Shown here: positions 1 through 9,659 of the stretch, one piece after another
Layout: each line of letters begins with the position of its first letter
Numbering within the stretch: the first letter of the stretch is position 1
Assembly (NCBI GenBank): GCA_964362175.1
Contig: CAYIDD010000001.1
Coordinates: 569-64,568, forward strand
Reading direction: 5' to 3'
DNA: 64,000 nucleotides
Source: an uncultured Candidatus Saccharibacteria bacterium
Lineage (GTDB): Bacteria; Patescibacteriota; Minisyncoccia; Phycocordibacterales; UBA2100
Position numbers and translations under genes: made by a program
Notes under the pieces: model-generated
What the model was told of the DNA's origin: nothing
Seen by the model: the letters and a program-made list of their open reading frames with translations, nothing else
Databases searched by the model: none

Positions 1-353
1 CCGTCACCGTCTGGGTCAGGATTCGGCAATGCAAAGGACGCGCTTCCGTCAGTGCCGTTGGCATCCAAAACCTGGAAACCATCAACGCCAGCGCAGGCGG
101 CATCCACACCCGACTCACAGAGCCAGATATTGGTCTTGCCCACAAGCGGAACGAAAATGCGATGACCGCTATTTCCGGTCATATCCGCAGTCTTTCCCTT
201 CGGGACGCCGATAATATTGAGGTTATAGTGCGCGCCGCTTGGAGCGCCGTTGCCGGTGGCTCCCGCCGTCATCGGCACGTAGGCGACAACCATCGCCACT
301 GCCGCGACAAGCGCGACACCAGCCGTTACCGCGAATTTTTGTGTGTGGGTCAT
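1..353 (-). CDS. secreted protein, 3' end cut by window edge (partial)
   Basis: minus-strand ATG at 351-353. The N-terminus MTHTQKFAVTAGVALVAAVAMVVAYVPMTAGA is signal-peptide-like and the frame stays open to position 1. Not in the ORF track because it has no stop inside the window. Confidence 0.35.
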   Translation of the reverse strand, partial: MTHTQKFAVTAGVALVAAVAMVVAYVPMTAGATGNGAPSGAHYNLNIIGVPKGKTADMTGNSGHRIFVPLVGKTNIWLCESGVDAACAGVDGFQVLDANGTDGSASFALPNPDPDGD

Positions 354-615
354 AATGTATGGTATGTATTTTTTATGTATCCGATAAAAAGGAACACGCA
401 TGACAGTGCCGCCCCTATCGACCATGCGCCGCTGAAAGCCCTACAAAGCTACGCCCGTTATTTGAGACTGTAAAGATTGACATTCACACTCAAATATTCT
501 CCAGCTGGGGGTGTAAACATCAAAAATATCGAACGTTTGAGCCATCATAGGGCAGCATGACGCGGCCGCCCCCGTTCCGGAGCCCGCGCTTTTCGTTTGC
601 CTTCTGTCTTTTACA

Positions 616-1317
616 CTAGCGCCTGCCTCCCTTGCCGCCGCCCAAGGCGAGCGCGGTGAAGTAATTGGCGATGCCGAGAACCTGCGCGTCCACCTCTTTT
701 CCTATCTGAACTTCCTTATTGTTCACATACTGCTCGGCTTCCACATCGTTCGTAATGTAGTACGCCTCGGTAATAGTGGAGACGAGATTTTTGTAGACCG
801 TCATGCCGTAACCGCCATTCAAGAGTCCTTCGGGTTTGTTGGTAAGCGGGAGTAATGAATCGTAGAGAGCTTTGGCCAGCGGTTTATCCGAATTTTGGGT
901 GTAAATGGTAAGCGTGCCATCGTGCGTCGGAGCGGTGCTTCCGTTGTGATGGACTGAAACGAGCACATCGCATTTCTTATTGTCAGCAATGCCATCGCCT
1001 GTTACATCAACCGCAGCGCATTTAGCCGCCGCATCGCCCACTCTCTCCTTTCGGGTCGAGAAACGACCGGCGACCACGACATGCGCGCCGTACGTACTCA
1101 ATGCCGCCTCCAGTGCCTGAACAACGTCCCCATTCACGTCCGCTTCCGCCACGCCGTAAAGCAGATTTACCGCCCCCGTGTCCGTGCTACTACTACCGTG
1201 TCCTGCATCGAGCGCGATTATTTTTCCCGCAAGAGCGCTAGTATCGGCTACGGCTATAGAATTACCTACAGCAACGACCGCCACAAAGACAAGAGCAAGG
1301 AGGGATAGCTTCTTCAT
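616..1317 (-). CDS. N-acetylmuramoyl-L-alanine amidase (Amidase_3 family), secreted
   Basis: 233 aa with an N-terminal signal peptide. IALDAGHG ... DVLVSVHHN motifs are typical of Amidase_3 cell-wall amidases. Confidence 0.7.
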   Translation of the reverse strand: MKKLSLLALVFVAVVAVGNSIAVADTSALAGKIIALDAGHGSSSTDTGAVNLLYGVAEADVNGDVVQALEAALSTYGAHVVVAGRFSTRKERVGDAAAKCAAVDVTGDGIADNKKCDVLVSVHHNGSTAPTHDGTLTIYTQNSDKPLAKALYDSLLPLTNKPEGLLNGGYGMTVYKNLVSTITEAYYITNDVEAEQYVNNKEVQIGKEVDAQVLGIANYFTALALGGGKGGRR

Positions 1318-1326
1318 ACGGGAGGC

Positions 1327-2097
1327 CTAATTTGCCCAAAATACGTGCGTCAGGACCTTGTTGCCATTTCCAAGGTCGCGCTCGAATACCGAGGAGCGAC
1401 CGTCTGCCGAGCGGTGGATTTCTTTGCCCCACTCGCTTCGGTCGCTGACGTCGACGCTACTCGCGCCCCGCGCTGCAGTGGTCTGGCCAACGGTCGTCGT
1501 CGAGTCGAGATGCGCGTAGATAAGCGCGAGCTCATCATAATCATGCTGGTTCGGATGCTGGTTGCTCGTGGGATCGCTCGTGTAATCCATGCAGGTATTG
1601 AGGTTCGCGTTGTTGAAATTCTCGTCCTGATGATCGAGCCCGAATATGTGTCCCACCTCCTGACACATCACGAGGTTGCGCCATGCCGAAGTGTTGTATG
1701 TGGCGGTGTTGAAATAGGTGTCGTTCAACTTCACGACCCCTTTCGTGATGTGCAAGCCGCTTATCCATATCTGCGCTAACCCTAGCCAGCCGTTGTTGCC
1801 GTACCTGCTATTACAAACTTCGGCCCGGCCCGTGGTCGCCTTACAGTTGCGGCCTGCATTGCCAGCCACGATGGTGGTATCAAGCACATCTGACACGCTC
1901 CAATCGCTTGAAGTCGTGCCAAGATATGAATCCCATGTGGACGATACGTTATCGCCCAACTTTAATGTAAAGGGGTTGGCCGTGCGCGCCCAGTGGTAGC
2001 CGCCCCACGAGTGACTCGCTTCCGCGACGACTGCGCCCATGAAAAGGACGGCGCCCAACACGACCGCGGGAAGAGCTATGGTAATGGTCTTGTTCAT
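1327..2097 (-). CDS. secreted zinc metalloprotease (HExxHxxGxxH metzincin-like)
   Basis: QEVGHIFGLDHQDE zinc-binding motif. Likely start at MNKTITIALPAVV (TM/signal); the ORF track extends to 2166. Confidence 0.6.
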   Translation of the reverse strand: MNKTITIALPAVVLGAVLFMGAVVAEASHSWGGYHWARTANPFTLKLGDNVSSTWDSYLGTTSSDWSVSDVLDTTIVAGNAGRNCKATTGRAEVCNSRYGNNGWLGLAQIWISGLHITKGVVKLNDTYFNTATYNTSAWRNLVMCQEVGHIFGLDHQDENFNNANLNTCMDYTSDPTSNQHPNQHDYDELALIYAHLDSTTTVGQTTAARGASSVDVSDRSEWGKEIHRSADGRSSVFERDLGNGNKVLTHVFWAN

Positions 2098-2162
2098 AGT
2101 TAAAGTTGCTAGGTTTATTAACACATTGATGGTACGACGCCCCGCCTTTTTGGTCAAGGGTC

Positions 2163-3203
2163 TCACGGCGCGCCCGCGACAGCCGCCATGCTCGCGCTCG
2201 GCGTGAGCACGGGGCTCGTAAAGACGAACGCGTTTGCCGCGAGGAACATGATGAGGATAAAGGAGAGCATGATACCGGCCGCGATCGCTTTGCGTGTGTG
2301 GTGGACGCGTATCTCAAAGCCGGTCGTGACACCGAGCGCGAGAATGACGAAAAGCGCGACGATCCAATAGGTGTATTGCAACATGCTCCGTGGCGCCGTC
2401 GCGATATGCGCCCATAGCGGCGCGTAATCCGGCGTCGGCCCTGCTGCCGCCTCCTGCGCAAGAGTTTTTACCGGCGCATCCCCTACGCTTGTGCCGAGCA
2501 CTACTGTCTTGGGGGCGGGGGCCGCAGGCTCCTGCGACTCACCCAAGACCGCGATCGGCGCCGAGATCGCGAGCGCGGTTTCGGTGGGGCTTTGCGGAAT
2601 GTTGACCGCGACCACCGGACTCTGCTTGTCGGACGATGAGGGCGTGCCAAATGCCTGCACTACGAAGGTAGTGGGGCGTCCTTGGAACGTCCCCTCGGCG
2701 GTCGCGATGCCTATCTCGGTGAAATGCGGGTTGAGGATATTCTCACGGTGTGTCGGTGAATTCATCCACGCCCGTTCCACATCGCCCGAATCGGAAAAAT
2801 CTACGGCAAGATTTTCACCCGCGTAATCAAATGCATACCCTGCCTCTTTGAACCAGTGCCACGGATCCACTCCTTGGGGCGAGACGTGCGCGAAATACCC
2901 TTTTGCCGCCATGTCGTCGGCCTTGGCTTGCGCGGCAGCGACGAGGACGGGGTTCATGGTCAGTGTCCGCAGACTGTTCTGCGCCCTGTCACCGTTCGCA
3001 AGGTCAACAAGGACCGTGGCAAGTACCGTCGCGTACTGATTTGAACTTACAAGAAATTTGTCGATCGAGGAAGCAAGAAAAATGGATACGACGAGCGCGG
3101 AAACGAGCGTGACCGCAACCCCGCCCAGAAGCTCGACTTCCCGACGCCCCTTCTTGCGCGGCAGCAACGAGCGAAACCGTGATATGCGGTTCTTTTTTCT
3201 CAC
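2163..3203 (-). CDS. CAP/SCP/PR-1 (YkwD-like) domain protein, membrane anchored
   Basis: N-terminal TM helix. CAP signature FAHVSPQG..PWHW..AGENLA..WMNSPTHRENILNP..IGIA. C-terminal hydrophobic helices. Confidence 0.6.
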   Translation of the reverse strand: MRKKNRISRFRSLLPRKKGRREVELLGGVAVTLVSALVVSIFLASSIDKFLVSSNQYATVLATVLVDLANGDRAQNSLRTLTMNPVLVAAAQAKADDMAAKGYFAHVSPQGVDPWHWFKEAGYAFDYAGENLAVDFSDSGDVERAWMNSPTHRENILNPHFTEIGIATAEGTFQGRPTTFVVQAFGTPSSSDKQSPVVAVNIPQSPTETALAISAPIAVLGESQEPAAPAPKTVVLGTSVGDAPVKTLAQEAAAGPTPDYAPLWAHIATAPRSMLQYTYWIVALFVILALGVTTGFEIRVHHTRKAIAAGIMLSFILIMFLAANAFVFTSPVLTPSASMAAVAGAP

Positions 3204-3285
3204 CTCCTCATTCTCGCACGTCTATCCAAATACAAAACCCGCCCTCTGTGGAAGGCGGGTTTTGTATTTTCCTTAACCCAGCAAT

Positions 3286-6200
3286 TTACTGAGCGTTCGG
3301 ATTCTGCGACCACGGGATCAGATTCGGGATCGGGAGCGTAAGCTGCGGACACTCGAGAAGATTGACCTGACGCAGTGTGGAGAGGTACACAAGGCCGGTC
3401 GGAGAAGCAATTCCCCACGGGCTCAAAATACTGTCGCTGTACTGTGCCTGGAACCTTCGAATCACGGCCTCAGTCATCGGGCCGTAGAATCCGGTGACCG
3501 GAAGGTTCGCACTCATGTGCTTGTTGAGGAACTCCTGAAGCTTGCGCGCCTGCTCGGCATCATTCTTCCTGCTGCCGATGCGAAGATGTTTGTCCATGTA
3601 GAGGCCGCAGGACGCCCCGAGTACCTGACCCGTCGAGGTACCGAGAACGGTCCCGCCTCCGAAGATCGGGTTGTTGAAGTGGCTGCCGCCTCCCCCACCG
3701 CCCGACGGAGGCGGAGTAACGATCGGGGTGTTGACGGTGATCGAAACGCTCCCGTCGTCGTTGTCACCGTTATAGTCGTTTGTAGAGCCGTCGGAGGTCG
3801 TGGTGGCAGTGTTAGTGACCGTCTGTCCTGCACCAGCCGTAACCGTCGCAACGATTTGGAGCGATGTTGAAGAGGCCGCGGGGAGCGAACTTATAAACCA
3901 TGTGCCGCTCGAGGTGGCATACGCACCAGCACCGTTGTCAGAGACATACGAGAGGCCCACAGGGAGCACGTCTTGCGTAACAAGGTTAAACGCTTCGGCA
4001 GGACCCGCGTTTGAGAGTGTGAGCGTAAAGGTTACGTTTTGTCCGGCGTCGGGGGTGTTGTCGTCAACCGACTTCGAGGTGGTGATGTCAAACCCGGTCG
4101 CGTTGTTGTAGAAGGTACAGGTGATGTTGTCACCCGCCGCGACATCTACGCTGTAGATGGTGTCGCCATCAAGCAATCCGCTTTCGTTGTTGCAGCTTGC
4201 TTCGGAGAGCGTCCAGCCGGCCGGGCTGACCTCCTGGAGGTTGTAAGTGCCCGCGTCAATCGAGATGGTGGCCGAACCGTCGCCCTCAGTGGTCGTGACG
4301 CTCGTAGAGGTGCTGAATTCGTTACCCCCCTCAAGGTTGAAGTCGAATGTCGCATCAGGGTTCCCTTCGCCGACGTATTTCACGATGTGAAGCGTCGCCT
4401 GTCCGTCATTGTTGGTGATGGCGCAGGTTTTCGTCTCGCCGTTCGCTATCGTGCCCGAGCAGTCGGCGCCGAGCGTTGTCCCGTAGCCGGCGGCGGAATT
4501 CTCGATAACTTCGTAGTCACCGGCATCAACCGTCACTGTGTTCTCGCCTGTCAGAGCGTTGCCGTCGTCATCCGCGGTCTCGTTAAATGCGATCGCCGAA
4601 CCGTCGCCAACATGGAAGAAGAAGTTGCTTGCGGTATTGGTGCCTCCATTGTTGTTGATGACCGTCTTTTGGATGATGAGCGTACCCGGCTGGTCGTCGT
4701 TGGTGATTGAGCAGATTGCGGTGTCAGCAAGACCGAGCGTAACACTGTTGCTCAAAATAGGGCTGCCGCCGTTCACCACACAGCTCCATGTCCCATCGGG
4801 GGTATAGCCCGCAGGACCGTCAGATTCAGAAAGCGAGTAGGTGCCCGTTTGGAAATTTGCAGTGCCTTGAGCAGTGCCGTTTCCTGAGATGATAGTAGGG
4901 CTTTCCTGGTCGCCGGTGGCGGTAACTGTCCAGTCCTCCGGCAATGCTTGGCCGCCGTCATCCTTCACTACGATTTTTTCGAGAATGAGCGTAGGCCTGA
5001 TGTCGTCGTTGGTGATGGTGCACACGTAAGAGTGTCCCGCCTCAACCGCGATAGAGGAAGTTTTAACCGCTGAGCCGCCGTCCGTCGAACACATAATGCT
5101 CGTTGGTTCGTAATCGCCTGCCGGACCGCCGTCTTCACTGATGGTGTAGGTGTTGGGAGCAAGAAGTGTTGCCACGCCATCGGAAAGTTGGGTCGCGTTG
5201 GCGAAAAGCGTCCAAGCGCTTGCAAGAGCACCGCCGCCGTTGTCGTTAGTAACGTGCTTTCTGATGGTGAGGTAACCCTGAGTCGATGGAGTATCGTTGT
5301 TGGTAACGGTGCAGGTCTTTTCGCCGCCCTCGGGCATCACGGCATCGCAATCAGCTGAGTAAGAAACGCCGTAACCGGACGGGCCGTCGGTCTCAGTAAC
5401 GCTGTAGGATGCGCCGCCGTCGATAGTGACGCTAGCGCCCGGTGAAGAATCTGTACCAACGACAGACGAAGGATCAGGATTGCCGCCAGTCACCGAGAGG
5501 GTGAAGTCTGACGAGGTTGCGGTGCCGCTGAATTCTCCGGCGTTGTCGTTTTGTACAAGCTTGATGATACGAAGCGTGCCTGGCTGTTTGTCGCTGTTGG
5601 TGATGGTGCAGGTGACACTCTCGCCGAGACCGATCGCGAGATTCGCGCCGCTGATTGGCGTTGCATTACCCGTACACACCCATCCGCTGGCGTTGTAGCC
5701 CAACGGGCCACTCTCGCCGAGTGTGTAGGTATCCGCCTTGAACGTCGAGTCGCTCGTGACCGGCGTCGTGCCGCTGAGATTGGTCGGCGAACCGAGCGAG
5801 CCAACTGCAGTCAGTGTCCAATCAACCGCTTCAGAAATGCCGCGGTATACGATTTCTCCCATCTGTTTAATGAGTGTCAATGATGGCGCGTTGTCGTCAT
5901 TCGTGATGGTGCAGGTTGCACTTTGTCCAGCGACGAGCGTAACCGTATCTGCATCATTTTGTGTACCTGTGCCTGTGCAGACCCAGTCGCTTGCGCTATA
6001 ACCAGGCGGACCACTCTCCGAAAGGTTGTAGGAACCCGGATTGACGACGGCATTCGTAACGGACGCGCTATCTTCAATGCCCGAAATCGGTGTCGGGCCG
6101 GATGCGGAGAGCGTCCATGCCGTTTCGACTGCAGTACCTCCGTTATCGGTTACAACGGTTTTCTGAAGTGTCAGTGTTGCGGTAGTCGGAACGTCATCAT

Positions 6201-6942
6201 CGTTGGTGATGGTACAGGTCGCGACATCGCCGCCTGCGAGAGTAATCGAATTACCGGAGACCGGCGCATCGGCGTTTTTGACACAGCTGTATTGACTTGC
6301 CGTGTAGCCTGTAGGCCCGCCGCTCTCTGAAAGGGTGTAGGAACCGGCATTTACCGTCATATTGGTGACCGCAGCGCTGTTGTGGACTCCGGAAATCGGT
6401 GTAGGACCAGATGCAGAAAGCGTCCAGTCGGTCGTAGTTGCAGTTCCGCTGTTGTCGTTGATAACCGTCTTCTTAAGAGTCAACTGCGGAGGAAGAGTGA
6501 ATGAGCACGTTTGAGCAATCGACGATTCATGCCCACTCACCTGTCCATGGTAGAGTTTTGCGGAAATCGACGCTGGCGAGGTGGTTCCAAGGTTCATCTG
6601 ATTCGACCACGTGCCAGCCATATTTTTCGGGTGCTCGGTGCTGGTCGTGGCGATAAACGTATCCGGTGCATCTTTCGAACTTAGATCAAAAAGTACGGTT
6701 GATGGTGAGTAAACCGAAACGTCATACTGAGTCGACAGTCCCGAGTAATCATATGCGTGCCAAATTCCGGACAAGTTCCATAGCGAACCACTGATAGACA
6801 CATTGCCGCATGAAATCATGTACTCGGGTGCCGCAAAGGCAGTCGAGGGGGCCGCCAGAAACGGAACGACCATGAGCATTGTGACAACAACGGAACCCGC
6901 CTTGCCGAGCAAGGAATTCTTAAGTGAGGAGTTGATATTCAT
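3286..6942 (-). CDS. giant cell-surface protein: signal peptide, 8 tandem ~95-aa Ig-like repeats (C..C TITNDD motif), one DUF11-like repeat, Gly-rich linker, C-terminal peptidoglycan-binding (PG_binding_1-like) domain
   Basis: 1218 aa single ORF. Repeated ...C-x-V/I-TN-D/N-D...TL..K motifs. C-terminus CGLYMDKHLRIGSRKNDAEQARKLQEFLNKH...GFYGPMTEAVIRRFQ matches the PG-binding domain pattern. Confidence 0.8.
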   Translation of the reverse strand: MNINSSLKNSLLGKAGSVVVTMLMVVPFLAAPSTAFAAPEYMISCGNVSISGSLWNLSGIWHAYDYSGLSTQYDVSVYSPSTVLFDLSSKDAPDTFIATTSTEHPKNMAGTWSNQMNLGTTSPASISAKLYHGQVSGHESSIAQTCSFTLPPQLTLKKTVINDNSGTATTTDWTLSASGPTPISGVHNSAAVTNMTVNAGSYTLSESGGPTGYTASQYSCVKNADAPVSGNSITLAGGDVATCTITNDDDVPTTATLTLQKTVVTDNGGTAVETAWTLSASGPTPISGIEDSASVTNAVVNPGSYNLSESGPPGYSASDWVCTGTGTQNDADTVTLVAGQSATCTITNDDNAPSLTLIKQMGEIVYRGISEAVDWTLTAVGSLGSPTNLSGTTPVTSDSTFKADTYTLGESGPLGYNASGWVCTGNATPISGANLAIGLGESVTCTITNSDKQPGTLRIIKLVQNDNAGEFSGTATSSDFTLSVTGGNPDPSSVVGTDSSPGASVTIDGGASYSVTETDGPSGYGVSYSADCDAVMPEGGEKTCTVTNNDTPSTQGYLTIRKHVTNDNGGGALASAWTLFANATQLSDGVATLLAPNTYTISEDGGPAGDYEPTSIMCSTDGGSAVKTSSIAVEAGHSYVCTITNDDIRPTLILEKIVVKDDGGQALPEDWTVTATGDQESPTIISGNGTAQGTANFQTGTYSLSESDGPAGYTPDGTWSCVVNGGSPILSNSVTLGLADTAICSITNDDQPGTLIIQKTVINNNGGTNTASNFFFHVGDGSAIAFNETADDDGNALTGENTVTVDAGDYEVIENSAAGYGTTLGADCSGTIANGETKTCAITNNDGQATLHIVKYVGEGNPDATFDFNLEGGNEFSTSTSVTTTEGDGSATISIDAGTYNLQEVSPAGWTLSEASCNNESGLLDGDTIYSVDVAAGDNITCTFYNNATGFDITTSKSVDDNTPDAGQNVTFTLTLSNAGPAEAFNLVTQDVLPVGLSYVSDNGAGAYATSSGTWFISSLPAASSTSLQIVATVTAGAGQTVTNTATTTSDGSTNDYNGDNDDGSVSITVNTPIVTPPPSGGGGGGSHFNNPIFGGGTVLGTSTGQVLGASCGLYMDKHLRIGSRKNDAEQARKLQEFLNKHMSANLPVTGFYGPMTEAVIRRFQAQYSDSILSPWGIASPTGLVYLSTLRQVNLLECPQLTLPIPNLIPWSQNPNAQ
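3970..6500 (-). repeat. intragenic tandem domain repeats (~280 nt unit, 8 copies) inside the surface protein gene
   Basis: recurrent CTITNDD / CTVTNND / CSITNDD / CAITNND motifs at ~95-aa spacing in the translation. Boundaries approximate. Confidence 0.55.
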
Positions 6943-7256
6943 ACAGTATTTATAATGTGGCTAAAAATAACCTTTTAATAATCTCAATAAAGACTCTGTT
7001 TGCGGGCAAAATGTACACCTTATACAGGCAATCTGTCAAGCCTCCTGCACGCGCAGGACAAACCCACACTATCCCCATCACGAAGAAGACACAATGAAGA
7101 GAACCGGTGACATCGTGTGCGTAAAATGTGCACAAGCACGATTTTCTGTGGATTTCCTGTGACTAACTAACAGAAAAAAGTTGACCGGCCCTAAATCCAG
7201 TGTATAAAGATGAACGGTCGCGCAAATGCGACTGGCAAGCAAAACGGAGAGCGTCA

Positions 7257-7585
7257 TGCAGAATCCGCAAGCTCAAAGGGAGATGCTATTCATCAGTGCC
7301 GCCCGCGCATCTGTTGCGCATGCGGCCGACGATACGACCCACCCGACCCCGTTGAATACGCACGAAACGGCGTTGGTGGAAGCTTGGAACCGGGACCAGA
7401 TCGCCGTGTACGAAGCGGTGAGCGCGATGGTCACTCTGGCCACGCGGGGATCCGGACAAGCACATCCCAACGTCATGGAAGACGCCTGGGATATCGTCTC
7501 CAGCGAGTGGGGAGGATCGCGTCCGATCTGGACGTGTCTCGAGCTCCGGAGGCTCTTTCGCTTGAGGGGTCTTGAGCCGAGTTGA
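7257..7585 (+). CDS. hypothetical protein (~109 aa)
   Basis: ORF with plausible TTGACC..TATAAA promoter at 7178-7205, followed by a hairpin plus T-tract at 7613-7645. Confidence 0.35.
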
Positions 7586-7612
7586 CGGCATTCCAAACCG
7601 GAGCAACGCAAC

Positions 7613-7645
7613 GGGGCCGCCTGCGCAGGCGGCCTCTCATTTTAC
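7613..7645 (+). terminator. intrinsic terminator (GC stem + TCTCATTTTA)
   Basis: ggccgcctg cg caggcggcc perfect 9-bp stem followed by a T-rich tract. Confidence 0.5.
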
Positions 7646-7653
7646 AGGGATCC

Positions 7654-8184
7654 TTAGCGGCGGCGCACGAATAACATCAGAATGAGAAGGAACGCGAAGA
7701 CCGAGATGGCCATCATGGGATACGTGATGTAGCCGAATTCAAGAAAGAGGATCTTGGCGCAGCTTATCTCCCCTTGCGATGGGCACGGCAGTGAGCCCAT
7801 GGGATACATCTGTAAGACGTGGTGGTAGATGGCGATCCCCAGACCCACGACGGATAGCATTATCGAGTAATCCGCGATAGCGCGATCGCGTTTCCAGAGA
7901 GCGAGCGCGAAGAGAATAACTTGCGGATACAGAAAGGCGCGCTGCCACCAACACAACGGGCACGGCGGCAGGCCGAAGATGCCCGAATGGATGAGGGTCA
8001 CGCTGCTTCCGACGACTGAGACGAAAAGCCCGATCCAAAGGCCCCACCGCGAGAGAAATCCCGCCACATCCTCAAGGTCGGGGATCTTATTGCGCAAAAA
8101 GTACAGCGCAAGAAATGCCGCGCCCGCTATTTGCATTGCCACTGTTCCGAGGGCCAGCCAGTAATTGAACACCTCTATCGGCAT
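7654..8184 (-). CDS. dsbB: disulfide bond formation protein B (DsbB/BdbC family)
   Basis: four TM helices. PCPLCWWQR motif and a second Cys pair (CPSQGEISC). Start at MPIEVFNYW; the upstream extension in the ORF track is judged spurious. Confidence 0.65.
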   Translation of the reverse strand: MPIEVFNYWLALGTVAMQIAGAAFLALYFLRNKIPDLEDVAGFLSRWGLWIGLFVSVVGSSVTLIHSGIFGLPPCPLCWWQRAFLYPQVILFALALWKRDRAIADYSIMLSVVGLGIAIYHHVLQMYPMGSLPCPSQGEISCAKILFLEFGYITYPMMAISVFAFLLILMLFVRRR

Positions 8185-8185
8185 A

Positions 8186-8566
8186 CTATTGCGGCAACGG
8201 ACACCCGCTCGCCTCAGAAAGCTCCTGCAGCGTGCGCTCGCCTGTGAGAGTGGTCGTGCTGTTCGCAAATACCCACGTCGGGTAGCTTTGAACGTTCTTC
8301 TGCTTGCATTCGTCGGTCTGCCCCTGCCCATCGGGGGTTGAACATTCGATGTAAGGAAGAAGCTTCGCGGATTTGCCGAACATTGCCTTGGTCTTCTGGC
8401 AATGTGGGCACCAAAATGCGCCGTAGAAGATAGCTCCTCTATCTTTGAGGCATTGCGCAAATGAATCCAGTTGTCCGGGACCTGATCTTACGAACGTCGA
8501 CGCTCCTATCCCCGCAACGATGAGAGCGGCAAGAAGGAGCCAGAAAATGACGACGCCGTTTTTCAT
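8186..8566 (-). CDS. thioredoxin-fold thiol-disulfide oxidoreductase (DsbA/BdbA-like), membrane anchored
   Basis: N-terminal TM helix. CPHC active-site motif. Directly upstream of and co-oriented with dsbB. Confidence 0.6.
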   Translation of the reverse strand: MKNGVVIFWLLLAALIVAGIGASTFVRSGPGQLDSFAQCLKDRGAIFYGAFWCPHCQKTKAMFGKSAKLLPYIECSTPDGQGQTDECKQKNVQSYPTWVFANSTTTLTGERTLQELSEASGCPLPQ

Positions 8567-8631
8567 GGGCCCATGATACACCGCCGCATCCCGGATGCCA
8601 AATACCGTCACGCTCTGCTACAATATGCCCC

Positions 8632-9147
8632 ATGAGTAATCCAATAGAGCAAATGGAAAAAGCGCTCCACATCGAAGATGTCGACCGGAGCTTTCTCTTG
8701 AAAGTCGTGCAGCCCTCGCTCGTGGGGCTTATCGACGGCTCTATCTCGACGTTAGCGCCGCTCTTCGCCGCCGCATTCGCGAGCAACAGTCCGCACATCG
8801 CGTTCCTCGTCGGTACCGCCGCCGCTATCGGCGCCGCTATCTCGATGGCGTTTGCCGAGGGACTCTCGGACACCGGTGAACACACCGGACGCGGACATCC
8901 GGCCATTCGCGGTTCGATAGTCGGCGCAGCGACCTTCGTGGGCGGCATCTTCCACACGCTCCCCTTCCTCTTATCGGATATGACGATGGCGTTGTATCTT
9001 GCGTACCTCGTCGTTGGTATCGAGCTTCTCGCTATCGGCTACATCCGCTACCGTTATTTCAAAATGGGGTTCTGGTCCTCGATAGCACAGGTCGTTTTCG
9101 GCGGCGCACTTGTCTTCATGGCCGGCATTTTCATTGGAAGCGCCTGA
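8632..9147 (+). CDS. VIT1/CCC1 family (iron/manganese transporter-like) membrane protein
   Basis: 171 aa. GLIDGSISTLAPLFAAAFA motif and hydrophobic C-terminal half typical of the VIT family. Confidence 0.65.
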   Translation: MSNPIEQMEKALHIEDVDRSFLLKVVQPSLVGLIDGSISTLAPLFAAAFASNSPHIAFLVGTAAAIGAAISMAFAEGLSDTGEHTGRGHPAIRGSIVGAATFVGGIFHTLPFLLSDMTMALYLAYLVVGIELLAIGYIRYRYFKMGFWSSIAQVVFGGALVFMAGIFIGSA

Positions 9148-9180
9148 TTTTAAAGATTGTATCCAATGCAATCTTTAAAA
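9148..9180. terminator. AT-rich palindromic hairpin between convergent genes (likely bidirectional terminator)
   Basis: ttttaaagattg N9 caatctttaaaa, a perfect 12-bp inverted repeat flanked by T and A runs. Confidence 0.5.
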
Positions 9181-9237
9181 TCACGGGCAATTTTTCCAAA
9201 AAATTGACCGTCAAGTAACACTTTCAACAGACTTCCG

Positions 9238-9636
9238 TTAGTGATGGGTAGCCGCTTCGCACCTGCAGCCCACGGGGCGAATGAATTCGTCGAAATATTC
9301 CGTGTCGTAATCGATGGTCAGTTCCTCCCCTTTTTTGATATCGCGTTTTGCCTCTATCATGATGCGCCCGTCGCGGATCTCGGCCTCCGTATTCGGGTCG
9401 CATGAGTGGTTGATGTAGCGGGCGATATTTGATCGTGGAGAGCCGTCGATCGTCCATATCTCGTCTATTTCGAAGAGATAGCGGGATTTCAACGTGTCGG
9501 CGAACGGTGTGGGGATCTTCTTCCCCGTGTATTCAAGGATAAAATCCCCCTTCTTGATATCGCATGCGGCAAAAAGGCCCCGTCCCGTCCCCGGTTTTGA
9601 CTTGCGTATCATGAATCGCGCATCTATCGTTTCCAT
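9238..9636 (-). CDS. SET-domain protein-lysine methyltransferase
   Basis: GRGLFA..GDFI.EY.G..I ... NHSCDPN ... ELTIDY core SET motifs plus a C-terminal Cys (post-SET). Confidence 0.8.
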   Translation of the reverse strand: METIDARFMIRKSKPGTGRGLFAACDIKKGDFILEYTGKKIPTPFADTLKSRYLFEIDEIWTIDGSPRSNIARYINHSCDPNTEAEIRDGRIMIEAKRDIKKGEELTIDYDTEYFDEFIRPVGCRCEAATHH

Positions 9637-9659
9637 GCTGAGCGAGTATAATACAGGAC

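Noticed and set aside
3513-6330. Many 60-220-aa ORFs on both strands inside the 1218-aa surface protein gene (e.g. 4039-4710 +, 5923-6330 +, 3517-3870 +)
   Set aside because: They all overlap a single long, repeat-rich, high-GC CDS in other frames. They are Arg/Ala/Pro-rich as expected for off-frame GC-rich translation, and none has independent signals.
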